This document shows, one piece after another, positions 10,566 through 20,503 of a DNA stretch of 64,000 nt. Position 1 is the first letter of the stretch, and each line of letters opens with the position of its first letter. Source of the stretch: Alphaproteobacteria bacterium (lineage in GTDB: Bacteria; Pseudomonadota; Alphaproteobacteria; GCA-2731375). Below the pieces are notes generated by a model that saw only the letters and a program-made list of their open reading frames with translations, made no database searches and was not told the DNA's origin. The translations under genes were made by a program, and so were the position numbers. Location of the stretch: positions 6,016,001 to 6,080,000 of the forward strand of contig CBDDPY010000002.1 of NCBI GenBank assembly GCA_965232515.1, in the 5' to 3' direction.

Positions 10566-11650
10566 GCCTGCACTGGAGCGATCTGCCGGCCGAGGTGATG
10601 TCCGTGCTGCGCAAGGGCGCGGTGATCCCGGCGCATCCGCTGGCGTTGACCGCGGCGCGCCAGCTCGACGAGCGCCGGCAGCGGGCGCTGTCGCGTTACT
10701 ACATCGATGCCGGCGCCGGCGGCCTGGCCGTGGGCGTGCACACGACGCAGTTCGCGATCCGCGAGACCGGTCTCTACGCGCCGGTGCTGCGGCTGGCCGC
10801 CGAAGAGATGGACGGCTGGACCGACCGGCCGCTGGTGCGCATCGCCGGACTGGTCGGCCGCACGGAGGAGGCGCTGGCCGAGGCGGATGTCGCGCTGGGC
10901 CTGGGCTATCACGCCGGATTGTTGAGCCTGGCGGCGTTCCGCGGCGCGGCTGAGGACGAGATCATCGCGCATTGCCAGGCCGTGGCCGCGCGCATCCCGC
11001 TGGTCGGCTTCTATCTGCAGCCGGCGGTCGGCGGCGTGCTGCTGCCGCCGACGTTCTGGCGCCGCTTCGCCGAGATCGACAATGTGGTCGCTATCAAGAT
11101 GGCGCCCTTCAACCGTTACCGGACGCTGGACGTGGTGCGCGGCGTCGTCGCCGCGCGCGCCGAGGAACGGGTCACGCTCTATACCGGCAACGACGATCAT
11201 ATCGTCCTGGATCTGCTGACGCCGTTCGCGGTGTGTCGCGGCGGCGAGAACGTGGTGGTGCGGGTCCGGGGTGGCCTGCTGGGCCATTGGAGCGTCTGGG
11301 TGAAACGGGCCGTGGAGCTGCTGGCGCGCACGCAGGCCGCGGCCGAGCACGGCGTGGTGACGGCCGATCTGATGCAGCTCGACTCGCAGGTGACGGATTG
11401 CAATGCCGCCATCTTCGACGTCGCCAACGACTTCCACGGCTGCATTGCCGGTTGTCACGAGGTGCTGCGGCGGCAGGGACTGCTGGAAGGCATCTGGTGC
11501 CTCGATCCGAACGAGTGGCTGAGCCCGGGGCAAGCGGGCGAGATCGACCGGGTCTGCGCCGACTATCCACACCTGATCGACGACGACTTCGTCGCCGAAA
11601 ACCTCTCGCGCTGGCTGGACGGCGAAGTTCAACAGGCAGCGAGGGCGTGA
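10562..11650 (+). CDS. Dihydrodipicolinate synthase-like (class I aldolase fold) protein
   Basis: GVHTTQF, FYLQP, AIKMAPFNRY (Schiff-base Lys candidate), YTGNDD. Confidence 0.87.
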   Translation: MSLHWSDLPAEVMSVLRKGAVIPAHPLALTAARQLDERRQRALSRYYIDAGAGGLAVGVHTTQFAIRETGLYAPVLRLAAEEMDGWTDRPLVRIAGLVGRTEEALAEADVALGLGYHAGLLSLAAFRGAAEDEIIAHCQAVAARIPLVGFYLQPAVGGVLLPPTFWRRFAEIDNVVAIKMAPFNRYRTLDVVRGVVAARAEERVTLYTGNDDHIVLDLLTPFAVCRGGENVVVRVRGGLLGHWSVWVKRAVELLARTQAAAEHGVVTADLMQLDSQVTDCNAAIFDVANDFHGCIAGCHEVLRRQGLLEGIWCLDPNEWLSPGQAGEIDRVCADYPHLIDDDFVAENLSRWLDGEVQQAARA

Positions 11651-11652
11651 GC

Positions 11653-12396
11653 ATGGCGCTGACAACGGAACAACAAGCCGCGTATCGCCGCACCGGCCAC
11701 CTGACGGTGCCCGACGTGTTTACGGGCGCACGCATGGACGCGGCCATCGCCGATGCCGAGGCCTGGGGACGCGAATTCGTCGCCGGTCTGGATGCGGCCG
11801 AACGCGATTGGTACCTGGAAAGGGCCGTCGGGGCGCCCGACGTGCTGCGCAAGCTCGACCAGCCGGTGTTCCACCGGCCGGCGTTTCGCGCGCTCGCCGA
11901 GGACGACGCGTTGCTGGCGATGGTGGCCGACCTGATCGCGCGGCCGGCCGGCGTCGCCTTCAGCCAGATCTTCTTCAAGCCGCCGCACGGCGGCGGGCCG
12001 AAGCCGGTGCATCAGGACAACTACTATTTCGGGCCAAACGACCGTGAAGGCATGGTCACGGCCTGGGTGGCGCTGGACGCGGCGACCACGGAGAACGGTT
12101 GCCTCTATTTCGGCGACGGCAGCAACAACGGGCCGGTTTACAACCACGTCGCGCCGGCGGATGAGCCGTTCAATCTGCAGGTCCCGGCCGAGGAGGCGGC
12201 GCGGCACCCGATGACGCCGGCGCCGGTGCCCAAGGGCGGTGTCTCGTTCCACCACGGCAACACACTGCATCAGTCGTCGGACAACCGTTCGGACAAGTGG
12301 CGGCGCGCGGTCGCGATCCATTACTACGCCGCCGGTACCGACCTGACGACGCCGGCGCTGCGCTATGATCGCGACAAGTTCGTGACTCTGGGCTGA
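11653..12396 (+). CDS. Phytanoyl-CoA dioxygenase (PhyH) family Fe/2OG dioxygenase
   Basis: FFKPP, HQDNYY, WVALDAAT.ENGCL, HHGNTLHQS, RRA; true start lies inside the long ORF 10972-12396. Confidence 0.88.
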   Translation: MALTTEQQAAYRRTGHLTVPDVFTGARMDAAIADAEAWGREFVAGLDAAERDWYLERAVGAPDVLRKLDQPVFHRPAFRALAEDDALLAMVADLIARPAGVAFSQIFFKPPHGGGPKPVHQDNYYFGPNDREGMVTAWVALDAATTENGCLYFGDGSNNGPVYNHVAPADEPFNLQVPAEEAARHPMTPAPVPKGGVSFHHGNTLHQSSDNRSDKWRRAVAIHYYAAGTDLTTPALRYDRDKFVTLG

Positions 12397-12407
12397 CAGA
12401 ACGCCGC

Positions 12408-13172
12408 ATGGAGAACCGCAAGGAACGGATCGGCCGTTGGGTCCTGATCGTCGTCATGCATCTGGCGGTGATCGCGGTCTGGCAGCTCTGGATCACGCTG
12501 GGCGAGGTCGAGGCCTATATCATGCCGACGCCGCTCGCCACCTTCGCGACGCTGTTCGAGGACTATGACTGGTGGTCCAACACGCTGGTGACCGCGGCCT
12601 CGGTGTTCGGCGGCTTCTGGCTGGCGGTGGTGGTGGGCGTGCTGCTGGCGCTGGTGTTCTCCTGGTCGAAATGGCTGAACGACGCCTTCATGCCGGTGAT
12701 CGTGAGCTTGAACATGATCCCCAAGGTGGCGCTGGGGCCGATCTTCATCGTCTGGTTTTCCTACGGCATCGGGCCGAACATCATCATCGCCTTCAGCATC
12801 TGCTTCCTGCCGATCCTGATCACCACGGCGCGCGGCCTGAACGAGGTCGAGCCGGAGCTGATCGATCTGGTCCGCGCGCTAAAAGCCTCGCGCTGGCAGG
12901 TGTTCGCCAAGATCCAGCTGCCGGGCGCACTGCCGTACATCTTCTCGGGCATGAAAGTCGCCGTGGTGCTGGCCGTCGCCGGCGCCATCGTCGGCGAGTT
13001 CATCGCCTCCGAAAAGGGCCTCGGCTATCTGATGCTGCAGGTGCAGGTGACGCTCGACACGGCGGCGATGTTCATGGCGGTGCTGCTGATCACCTTTGTG
13101 GGCGTCGTGCTCTACGCCCTGGTGTTGCTGCTCGAGCTGATGCTCGTCGTGCGTGACGCGCGCGTCGAATGA
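12408..13172 (+). CDS. NitT/TauT ABC transporter permease
   Basis: IPKVALGPIF, LPGALPYIFSGMK, AIVGEFIASEKGLG. Confidence 0.93.
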   Translation: MENRKERIGRWVLIVVMHLAVIAVWQLWITLGEVEAYIMPTPLATFATLFEDYDWWSNTLVTAASVFGGFWLAVVVGVLLALVFSWSKWLNDAFMPVIVSLNMIPKVALGPIFIVWFSYGIGPNIIIAFSICFLPILITTARGLNEVEPELIDLVRALKASRWQVFAKIQLPGALPYIFSGMKVAVVLAVAGAIVGEFIASEKGLGYLMLQVQVTLDTAAMFMAVLLITFVGVVLYALVLLLELMLVVRDARVE

Positions 13173-13948
13173 GCGGGTCCGACGCCACCGACGCGTTCAT
13201 CCGGCTGGAGAACGTCCGCAAGGTCTACCGCACGCGCGGGCAGGAGTTCCTGGCCGTCTCCGACGTGACGCTGAACGTGGCGGCCGGCGAGCTGGTCTCG
13301 CTGGTTGGGCCGTCGGGCTGCGGCAAGACCACGGTGTTGAAGATCTTGGCCGGCCTGCACGGCCACGACGCCGGCAGCGTCGAGATCGGCACGTGGGCCG
13401 ATCCGTTCGATCCGGGGCGCGATATCGGCATGGTGTTCCAACAGTCGCTGCTGCTGAAATGGCGGCGGATCATCGACAACGTGCTGCTGCCGACGGAAAT
13501 CCTGGGCCTGCCGCAGGCCGAGAGCCGGGAGCGGGCGCGCGACCTGTTGCAGATGGTCGGCCTGGAAGGGTTCGAGGACAAATTTCCCTATGAGCTGTCG
13601 GGCGGCATGCAGCAGCGGGCGGCGATCGCCCGGGCGCTGGTGCACGATCCCAAAGTGGTGCTGATGGACGAGCCGTTCGGCGCGCTCGACGCGCTGACGC
13701 GCGAGAAGATGAACCTGGAGCTGCTGCGCATCTGGTCGGAAAGCCGCAAGACCATCATGTTCGTCACGCACAGCATTCAGGAAGCCGTGTTCCTGGGCTC
13801 GCGCTGTGCCGTGCTGACAGCGGGGCCGGCGCGCATGGCCGATAATTTCGAAATCGATCTGCCGTATCCGCGTCTTCTGGACATGAAGACGCACGAGAAT
13901 TTTGGCGTCTACACGCGGCGGATCTACAAACTACTGGGCATGGAGTGA
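13169..13948 (+). CDS. NitT/TauT ABC transporter ATP-binding protein
   Basis: GPSGCGKT, LSGGMQQR, LMDEPFGALD. Confidence 0.95.
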   Translation: MSGSDATDAFIRLENVRKVYRTRGQEFLAVSDVTLNVAAGELVSLVGPSGCGKTTVLKILAGLHGHDAGSVEIGTWADPFDPGRDIGMVFQQSLLLKWRRIIDNVLLPTEILGLPQAESRERARDLLQMVGLEGFEDKFPYELSGGMQQRAAIARALVHDPKVVLMDEPFGALDALTREKMNLELLRIWSESRKTIMFVTHSIQEAVFLGSRCAVLTAGPARMADNFEIDLPYPRLLDMKTHENFGVYTRRIYKLLGME

Positions 13949-13951
13949 GAC

Positions 13952-15109
13952 ATGAGCGAACGCCGCCTCGGCATCATCATGAACGGCGTCACCGGCCGCA
14001 TGGGCACCAACCAGCACCTGATCCGCTCTGTTCTGGCGATCATGGAACAGGGCGGCGTTCTGCTGGCAAACGGCGAGCGGGTGATGCCGGATCCGATCCT
14101 GGTCGGCCGCAACGCCGCCAAAACTGGCGACCTGGCCCGCCGGCACGGCATCGAGCGCTGGACCACCGATCTCGACGCGGCGCTCGACCATGCAGACGAT
14201 GAATTGTTCTTCGACGCGGCGACGACGCTCGCCCGCGCCGACCTGCTGCGCAAGGCCATCGCCAAGGGCAAGCATATCTACTGCGAGAAGCCGACGGCGG
14301 CATCGCTGGCCGACGCCATCGACGTCTATCGCCTGGCACGCGACGCCGGCGTCAAGCACGGCGTCGTGCAGGACAAGCTCTGGCTGCCGGGCCTGCGCAA
14401 GCTCAAGCTGCTGAACGACGCCGGCTTCTTCGGCCGCATCCTGTCGGTGCGCGGCGAGTTCGGCTACTGGGTGTTCGAGGGCGATCTGCAACCGGCGCAG
14501 CGGCCGTCCTGGAACTACAAAAAGGACGAGGGCGGCGGCATCATCGTCGACATGCTGGCGCATTGGCGTTACGTGCTGGACAACCTGTTCGGGCCCGTGC
14601 GCTCGGTGACCTGCCGGGGCGCCATCCACGTGCCGACGCGCTGGGACGAGCAGGACCAGGCCTATGACGTGACGGCCGACGACTCGGCTTATGCCATCTT
14701 CGAGCTCGACGGCGATATCATCGCGCAGTTCAACTCGTCCTGGGCCGTGCGCGTGCGGCGGGACGACTTGCTGACTCTGCAGGTCGACGGCACGTACGGT
14801 TCGGCCGTCGCGGGCCTGCGCGACTGTCGCACGCAGTCGCGCGTCAACACGCCGAAGCCGGTCTGGAACCCTGATGTCCCGTCCAGCATCGATTATTGGG
14901 CGAACTGGGACGAGGTGCCGGACAGCATGGACTACGACAACGCCTTCAAGGCGGAGTGGGAGCTGTTCATCCGGCACCTCTACGAGGGCGGCGACGACCC
15001 GTTCCCCTGGAACCTGCGCGAGGGCGCCAAGGGCGTGCAGCTGGCCGAGCTGGGCCTGCAGAGCTGGGCCGAGCGCCGCACCATCGACGTTCCCGAGCTG
15101 GAGGCCTGA
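13952..15109 (+). CDS. Gfo/Idh/MocA oxidoreductase
   Basis: NGVTGRMG, YCEKP, GGGIIVDMLAH. Confidence 0.9.
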   Translation: MSERRLGIIMNGVTGRMGTNQHLIRSVLAIMEQGGVLLANGERVMPDPILVGRNAAKTGDLARRHGIERWTTDLDAALDHADDELFFDAATTLARADLLRKAIAKGKHIYCEKPTAASLADAIDVYRLARDAGVKHGVVQDKLWLPGLRKLKLLNDAGFFGRILSVRGEFGYWVFEGDLQPAQRPSWNYKKDEGGGIIVDMLAHWRYVLDNLFGPVRSVTCRGAIHVPTRWDEQDQAYDVTADDSAYAIFELDGDIIAQFNSSWAVRVRRDDLLTLQVDGTYGSAVAGLRDCRTQSRVNTPKPVWNPDVPSSIDYWANWDEVPDSMDYDNAFKAEWELFIRHLYEGGDDPFPWNLREGAKGVQLAELGLQSWAERRTIDVPELEA

Positions 15110-15112
15110 GCC

Positions 15113-16279
15113 ATGCCGACCCTGAACCTGCCGACGTCGGATGGCGCGCTCGCGGCCTATACGACGCAGCCGGCGCGCGGCCTGCCGACGCGGGCGAACC
15201 GGCCGTTCAACCGCATCGCCTATTCGGCGGCGCATGTCGTCGCCGATCCGCTGGCCGATGTCGACCCCTGGCTGGAGCCGGCGCTGGACTGGGACGCGAC
15301 CATCGCCTATCGGCAGCGGCTCTGGGACCTGGGCCTGGGCGTGGCCGAGGCCATGGATACGGCGCAACGCGGCATGGGCCTGGACTGGAAAGCGAGCCAG
15401 GAGCTGATCCGCCGCTCGCTCGCCGCCGCCCGCGGCTTGCCCGGCGCGCTGATCGCCTGCGGCGCCGGCACCGACCACCTGACGCCCGACCCGTCGCTGA
15501 CCGTCGACGATGTCATCGCGGCCTATGAGGAGCAGGTCGGCTTCGTCGAGGGCGAGGGCGGCCGGGTGATCCTGATGGCGAGCCGGGCGCTCGCCGCCTG
15601 CGCCCAGTCGCCCGACGACTATGGCCGCGTCTACGACCGGATTTTGAGCCAGGTGTCGCAGCCCGTGTTGATCCACTGGCTGGGCGAGATGTTCGACCCC
15701 GCGCTGGAAGGCTATTGGGGCCATGGCGACCACATGGCGGCCATGGACGTCTGCCTGGATATCCTGAACCGCAACGCCGCCAAGATCGACGGCATCAAGA
15801 TCTCGTTGCTGGACAAGGACAAGGAAATCGCCATGCGCCGGCGGCTGCCGGACGGCGTGCGCATGTATACCGGCGACGATTTCAACTATGCCGAACTGAT
15901 CGCCGGCGACGCGGTCGGCTACAGCGATGCGTTGCTCGGCATCTTCGATGCCATCGCGCCCGCCGCCTCGGCTGCGCTCGATGCGCTGGCGGGCGATGAT
16001 CTTGAGACGTTCCACGGCGTGCTGGCGCCGACGGTGCCGTTGAGCCGGCATATCTTCGAGGCGCCGACGCGGTTCTACAAAACGGGTGTCGTGTTCATGG
16101 CCTGGTTGAACGGCCACCAGGACCATTTCGTCATGGTCGGCGGCCAGCAGAGCGCGCGGTCGCTGCTGCATCTGGCCGAATTGTTCCGCCTTGCCGACGC
16201 GGCTGGGCTGCTGGCGGACCCGGATCTGGCCTCGGACCGCATGCGACAGATCCTGGCGCTGCACGGCCTCGAGGGCTGA
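15113..16279 (+). CDS. DUF993 / DHDPS-like TIM-barrel protein
   Basis: AEAMDTAQRGMG, GAGTDHL, HWLGEMFD, GIKISLLD, YTGDDFNY. Confidence 0.88.
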   Translation: MPTLNLPTSDGALAAYTTQPARGLPTRANRPFNRIAYSAAHVVADPLADVDPWLEPALDWDATIAYRQRLWDLGLGVAEAMDTAQRGMGLDWKASQELIRRSLAAARGLPGALIACGAGTDHLTPDPSLTVDDVIAAYEEQVGFVEGEGGRVILMASRALAACAQSPDDYGRVYDRILSQVSQPVLIHWLGEMFDPALEGYWGHGDHMAAMDVCLDILNRNAAKIDGIKISLLDKDKEIAMRRRLPDGVRMYTGDDFNYAELIAGDAVGYSDALLGIFDAIAPAASAALDALAGDDLETFHGVLAPTVPLSRHIFEAPTRFYKTGVVFMAWLNGHQDHFVMVGGQQSARSLLHLAELFRLADAAGLLADPDLASDRMRQILALHGLEG

Positions 16280-16287
16280 CTGGACAT

Positions 16288-16309
16288 AATAACTAACTGG
16301 TTAGTTATT
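16288..16309. promoter_or_regulatory. Putative TetR operator, copy 2 (AATAACTAAC-TG-GTTAGTTATT)
   Basis: Perfect 10-2-10 inverted repeat containing TAACTAACTGGTTA; abuts candidate promoter TTGACG(16311)-N18-CATGAT. Confidence 0.75.
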
Positions 16310-16384
16310 CTTGACGGCGGTCGAAGCGACTCCGCATGATTGCGCCATGAACCCGGCCTTGCTGAGCAAACGAGAACAAGGGGA

Positions 16385-17404
16385 ATGACGTCCATGAAAC
16401 GCTGGCTGCTTGCCGCGCTCGCCGCGGGCGCGACGGCCATGATGGCGGTATCCGCCGTCGCGGCCGATTATCCGTGGAAACCGACAAAACCGCTGACCAT
16501 CATCGTGCCTTGGTCGGCCGGCGGCTCGACCGACCAGGTGACACGCGTCATCGCCGGCGAGCTGGGCGACGCGCTGGGACAGAAGGTGGTGGTCGTGAAC
16601 CAGCCCGGCGCCTCCGGCTCGATCGGCACCAAGAACGCCTGGGAAGCGCCGAAGGACGGCTATACCTGGGCCGCGGGCGCGGCGGGCGATCTCGGCACCT
16701 ACGTGGTGCTCGGCATGCTCGACACCAAGATCACCGACTGGCATCTCTACCTGGATGTCGCCAACGTCGCCGTCGTCGGCGTCAACGCCGATGCGCCCTA
16801 CAAGGACTTCGGGGAACTGCTGGCGGCCATGAAGGCGAGCCCCGGCAAGATTTCGGTCGCGACCGCCGGTATCTCCTCCGGTGGCCACAACGCCATGGAG
16901 CTGATCTCGCAGGCGACTGGCGCCAAGTACAAGCACGTGACCTATGACGGCGGCAACCCGGCGGTGATTTCCACCGTCGCCGGCGAGACCGAGGTGACGA
17001 CGCAGCTCGCGTCCGAGCAGGCCGAGATGATCCGGGCCAAGAAGCTGCGGCCGTTGGCCGTGCTGGCCGACAAGCCGCTGGAGATCGCCGGTCACGGCAC
17101 GATCCCGGCGATCACCAACTGGATCCCGACGCTGCAGGTGGCGACGAACTATTTCGGCATCTGGGCGCCGAAGGGCATTCCCGGGGACGTCGCGAAGACC
17201 ATGGAGATGGTCTGGAAGGACAAGATCTCGTCCTCCGATGCGCTGATGAAATACGCCGCCAACCGTGGCGCGCAGTTCACGCCCTACTACGGCGATGAAG
17301 CGCAGAAGCGGGTCATGGGCATGATCCAGAATAACGCCTGGACGCTGTACGAAGGCGGTAAGGCGAAGATCAAGCCCGACACGGTGGGTATTCCGAAACC
17401 TTAG
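16385..17404 (+). CDS. tctC: Tripartite tricarboxylate transporter substrate-binding protein (TctC/Bug)
   Basis: Signal peptide; IIVPWSAGGSTD, VNQPGASGSIG; start 16385 or 16394. Confidence 0.9.
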   Translation: MTSMKRWLLAALAAGATAMMAVSAVAADYPWKPTKPLTIIVPWSAGGSTDQVTRVIAGELGDALGQKVVVVNQPGASGSIGTKNAWEAPKDGYTWAAGAAGDLGTYVVLGMLDTKITDWHLYLDVANVAVVGVNADAPYKDFGELLAAMKASPGKISVATAGISSGGHNAMELISQATGAKYKHVTYDGGNPAVISTVAGETEVTTQLASEQAEMIRAKKLRPLAVLADKPLEIAGHGTIPAITNWIPTLQVATNYFGIWAPKGIPGDVAKTMEMVWKDKISSSDALMKYAANRGAQFTPYYGDEAQKRVMGMIQNNAWTLYEGGKAKIKPDTVGIPKP

Positions 17405-17415
17405 ATGTCGTCGTC

Positions 17416-17452
17416 GCGGCCGGGCGCAGAAGCGCGCCCGGCCGCCTTTTTT
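17416..17452 (+). terminator. Intra-operon terminator-like hairpin after tctC
   Basis: 12-bp stem GCGGCCGGGCGC/GCGCCCGGCCGC followed by CTTTTTT. Confidence 0.8.
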
Positions 17453-17466
17453 CGGTTGGGGGCAGC

Positions 17467-17964
17467 ATGACGCCTGCGCGCATGGCGAAGGCCGATTTCG
17501 TGACCGCCATCATCCTGATCGCGGTCAGCCTGGGCGCCCTGGTCGAGTCCTGGCGCATGCCGCGCCTCGAACATCTGTCGATCAATCCCTATACCGTGCC
17601 GGGCATCGTGCCCGGCCTGCTGAGCGGCGTCCTGCTGCTGTTGGGCATGGTGCTGCTGGTGCGCGCGATCCGGCAAGGCGGCTGGCGGTTCGACGCCGCC
17701 ACGATGACGTCGGCCGTCGGCGCGCGGCTGGTCCTGATGTTGCTGTTGACGCTCGGCTATGCCGCTGGCCTCGTCGGCCGGCTGCCGTTCTGGCTGGCGA
17801 CCGGTCTGTTCGTGTTTCTTTTCGTGCTGCTGTTCGAATGGCGCGGCGACCGGCCCCCGGCGGGCCACCTGAAGAGCGGCGCTGTTGCCCTGGTGCTAGC
17901 CGTGGCGGTGTCGGTGGGCGTCAGCGCGCTGTTCCAGCACGTCTTCCTGGTCCGGCTGCCTTAG
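17467..17964 (+). CDS. tctB: TTT small permease
   Basis: 4-5 TM segments; C-terminal FQHVFLVRLP. Confidence 0.88.
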   Translation: MTPARMAKADFVTAIILIAVSLGALVESWRMPRLEHLSINPYTVPGIVPGLLSGVLLLLGMVLLVRAIRQGGWRFDAATMTSAVGARLVLMLLLTLGYAAGLVGRLPFWLATGLFVFLFVLLFEWRGDRPPAGHLKSGAVALVLAVAVSVGVSALFQHVFLVRLP

Positions 17965-17968
17965 GATC

Positions 17969-19477
17969 ATGCCCGAAGGCCTCACGCTTTTCGCCCAGGC
18001 ACTTGTCGGCTTCCTGACGCCGGCGCAGCTTTTCAACGTGCTCTGGGCGACGCTGCTGGGCATATCGGTCGGCATGCTGCCGGGCCTGACGGCGACGTTG
18101 GGCATCGCGCTGATGACGACGCTGACCTTCAAGATGGCGGCGGGCGACGCGATTCTGATCCTGATCTGCATGTATGTCGGCGCGATCTATGGCGGCAGCC
18201 GCAGTGCCATCCTGCTGAACATCCCCGGCACGCCGGCGAACGCGGCGACCACGCTGGACGGACATCCGCTGGCGCGGTCGGGCCGCGCCGGCCGCGCCAT
18301 GGGGCTGGCGACCAGCGGTTCGGTGCTGGGCAGCGTCGTCGGCATCATGTTACTGGCGACGATCGCGCCGGTGCTGGCGGACTTCGCGCTTGCGTTCGGC
18401 GCTTTCGAATTTTTCTGGCTGGCCGTGTTCGGCATCGTCATCGCCGGCCATCTGACGGCGCTGCAGGACCCGCTGAAAGGCTGGATCGCCGGCTTCCTCG
18501 GCCTGCTGGTCGCGATGATCGGGCAGGAGGGCATCCACGCCTATCAGCGGTTCAGCTTCGGCTATCTCGATCTTGCCGGCGGCATCGGCCTGCTGCCGGC
18601 GCTGATCGGCGCCTTCGGTTTCGCCGAGGTGCTGATGGTGATGACCGACCCGTCCTACCAGGTGGTGCGCGGCAAGGTCGAATCCGTGATCCCGAAGCTG
18701 CGCGAGCTGTTCCGCTATTGGCGCAGCATCATCCGTTCCGGCTTGATCGGGACGCTGATGGGTCTGATCCCCGGCGTCGGCGAGGACATGGGCGCCTGGG
18801 CCTCCTATGCCGCGGCGCGGCGCGCCAGTAAGGAGCGTGACCAGTTCGGCAAGGGCTCGACCGAAGGCCTGTTGGCGGCCGAAGCCGGCAACAATGCCGC
18901 GGTGCCCGGCGCCATCATCCCGGTGCTGACGCTGGCCGTGCCGGGCTCGGCCCCGGCGGCCGTGCTGCTGGCCGCCATGTTCATCCACGGCGTGCGGCCG
19001 GGCCCGTTGATCATGATCGAGTTCCCGAGCTTCGTGTACGAGGTCGTGGCCATGGTCTTGCTGGCGACGCTGGCGATCCTGGTGCTGGGCCTGCTGCTGA
19101 CGAAGCCCTTGCTGCTGGTGCTGCGGGTGCCGCGCGAGCGCCTGATGCCGGTGATCTTCGTGCTCTGCACCATCGGCGCCTTCGCCATTGCCTCGCGCAC
19201 GTTCGACATCTGGGTCATGCTGTTCTTCGGCGTGCTGGGCTACGCGCTCCGGCGCATGGATTATCCGATGGCGCCCCTGGTGCTGGGAATCGTGCTGGGC
19301 AGTATTCTCGACAAGAGCCTGCGCCGGGGCCTGGTGCTGACCGACGGCGACCTGACGCCGTTCTTCACCCGGCCGATCAGCCTGGTGCTGTGGCTGGTGA
19401 CGTTGGTGACGATATTGTTGAGCTTTGGCGCGGTTCGACGGTTGGCGACACGTGTGCTGGCGGGGAGGCGGGAATGA
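17969..19477 (+). CDS. tctA: TTT large permease
   Basis: GMLPGL, YGGSRSAILLNIPGTP, EAGNNAA, HGVRPGP. Confidence 0.94.
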   Translation: MPEGLTLFAQALVGFLTPAQLFNVLWATLLGISVGMLPGLTATLGIALMTTLTFKMAAGDAILILICMYVGAIYGGSRSAILLNIPGTPANAATTLDGHPLARSGRAGRAMGLATSGSVLGSVVGIMLLATIAPVLADFALAFGAFEFFWLAVFGIVIAGHLTALQDPLKGWIAGFLGLLVAMIGQEGIHAYQRFSFGYLDLAGGIGLLPALIGAFGFAEVLMVMTDPSYQVVRGKVESVIPKLRELFRYWRSIIRSGLIGTLMGLIPGVGEDMGAWASYAAARRASKERDQFGKGSTEGLLAAEAGNNAAVPGAIIPVLTLAVPGSAPAAVLLAAMFIHGVRPGPLIMIEFPSFVYEVVAMVLLATLAILVLGLLLTKPLLLVLRVPRERLMPVIFVLCTIGAFAIASRTFDIWVMLFFGVLGYALRRMDYPMAPLVLGIVLGSILDKSLRRGLVLTDGDLTPFFTRPISLVLWLVTLVTILLSFGAVRRLATRVLAGRRE

Positions 19478-20502
19478 AGCCGTCCGTACTGCAGATCGGC
19501 TTCGGCGGTTTCGGGCTGACGCATCTCAAGGCCTGGACGGCGCTTGGCCATGGCGAGCGCCTGTATGTGGCCGATCCGTCGCCGGCGGCACGCGACGCCT
19601 GCCGCCGTCACGGCCTGTCCGAGGACCGCATTGGCGCTGACTACGAGGCCTTTCTCGAGGCTGTCGATCTGGTCGACGTGGTGGCGCCGACGGACCAACA
19701 TGGCGCGATCTGCGACCGGGCGCTCGATGCCGGCAAGGATCTGTTCATCGAGAAGCCGATGACCGCGACATTGGCCGAGGCCGAGCATCTGGCGCAACGG
19801 GTGCTGGCCGAAGGACGCGTTGCCCAGGTCGGATTCTACTTTCGCTGTCACCCGCTGGCGCAGGCGGCGCGAACGCGGGTACGCGATGGCGGAATCGGTG
19901 AGCTGCGCTATCTCTCGGGCCGGTTCCTTGGCTTCAAGCGCGCACGCACCGATTCCGGCGCCGTGCATAACGACGCGGTTCACTTCATCGATCTGTTCAA
20001 CTGGCTGACCGATGCCTTTCCGGTTCGGGTCTACGCTGTGACGCGGGACCATTTCGGCCGGGGGCGGGAGGACTTCGCACTGTTGCAGCTGACCTATCCG
20101 GGCGACGTGATCGCCAGCATCGAGGTCGGCTACATCCAGCCCGGCCGTTGGAACGACGTGTTCGTGCCGGGCGCGCGGGCGACAAAGGAGATCGCGGTCT
20201 GCGGCAGCGCGGGCGCGTTGGAAGCCGATTTCGTCACCGACACGTTCGTTATGCATGACGTGCATCACGCCGACAAAGACGGCACCTGGCGGCCGGTGTT
20301 CGGCGACCGGGTCGAGCCGCATTTCGGCGCCATCGATCCGGTCGACGTCGTCACGGCCGAGCTGCGGCAGTTCGTCGACAGCGTCGACCGCCGCGCGCCG
20401 CCCGAGGCCGGCGTGGTCAATTGCGGGGTTCGGGTGGCGCAGACGCTCGACGCGATCTTCGCCTCGGCCGCACAGGGCGTGCCTGTGGAAGTGGAGCACT
20501 GA
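19474..20502 (+). CDS. Gfo/Idh/MocA oxidoreductase
   Basis: IGFGGFG, FIEKPM, GAVHNDAVHFID; ATGA overlap with tctA. Confidence 0.88.
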   Translation: MKPSVLQIGFGGFGLTHLKAWTALGHGERLYVADPSPAARDACRRHGLSEDRIGADYEAFLEAVDLVDVVAPTDQHGAICDRALDAGKDLFIEKPMTATLAEAEHLAQRVLAEGRVAQVGFYFRCHPLAQAARTRVRDGGIGELRYLSGRFLGFKRARTDSGAVHNDAVHFIDLFNWLTDAFPVRVYAVTRDHFGRGREDFALLQLTYPGDVIASIEVGYIQPGRWNDVFVPGARATKEIAVCGSAGALEADFVTDTFVMHDVHHADKDGTWRPVFGDRVEPHFGAIDPVDVVTAELRQFVDSVDRRAPPEAGVVNCGVRVAQTLDAIFASAAQGVPVEVEH

Positions 20503-20503
20503 C

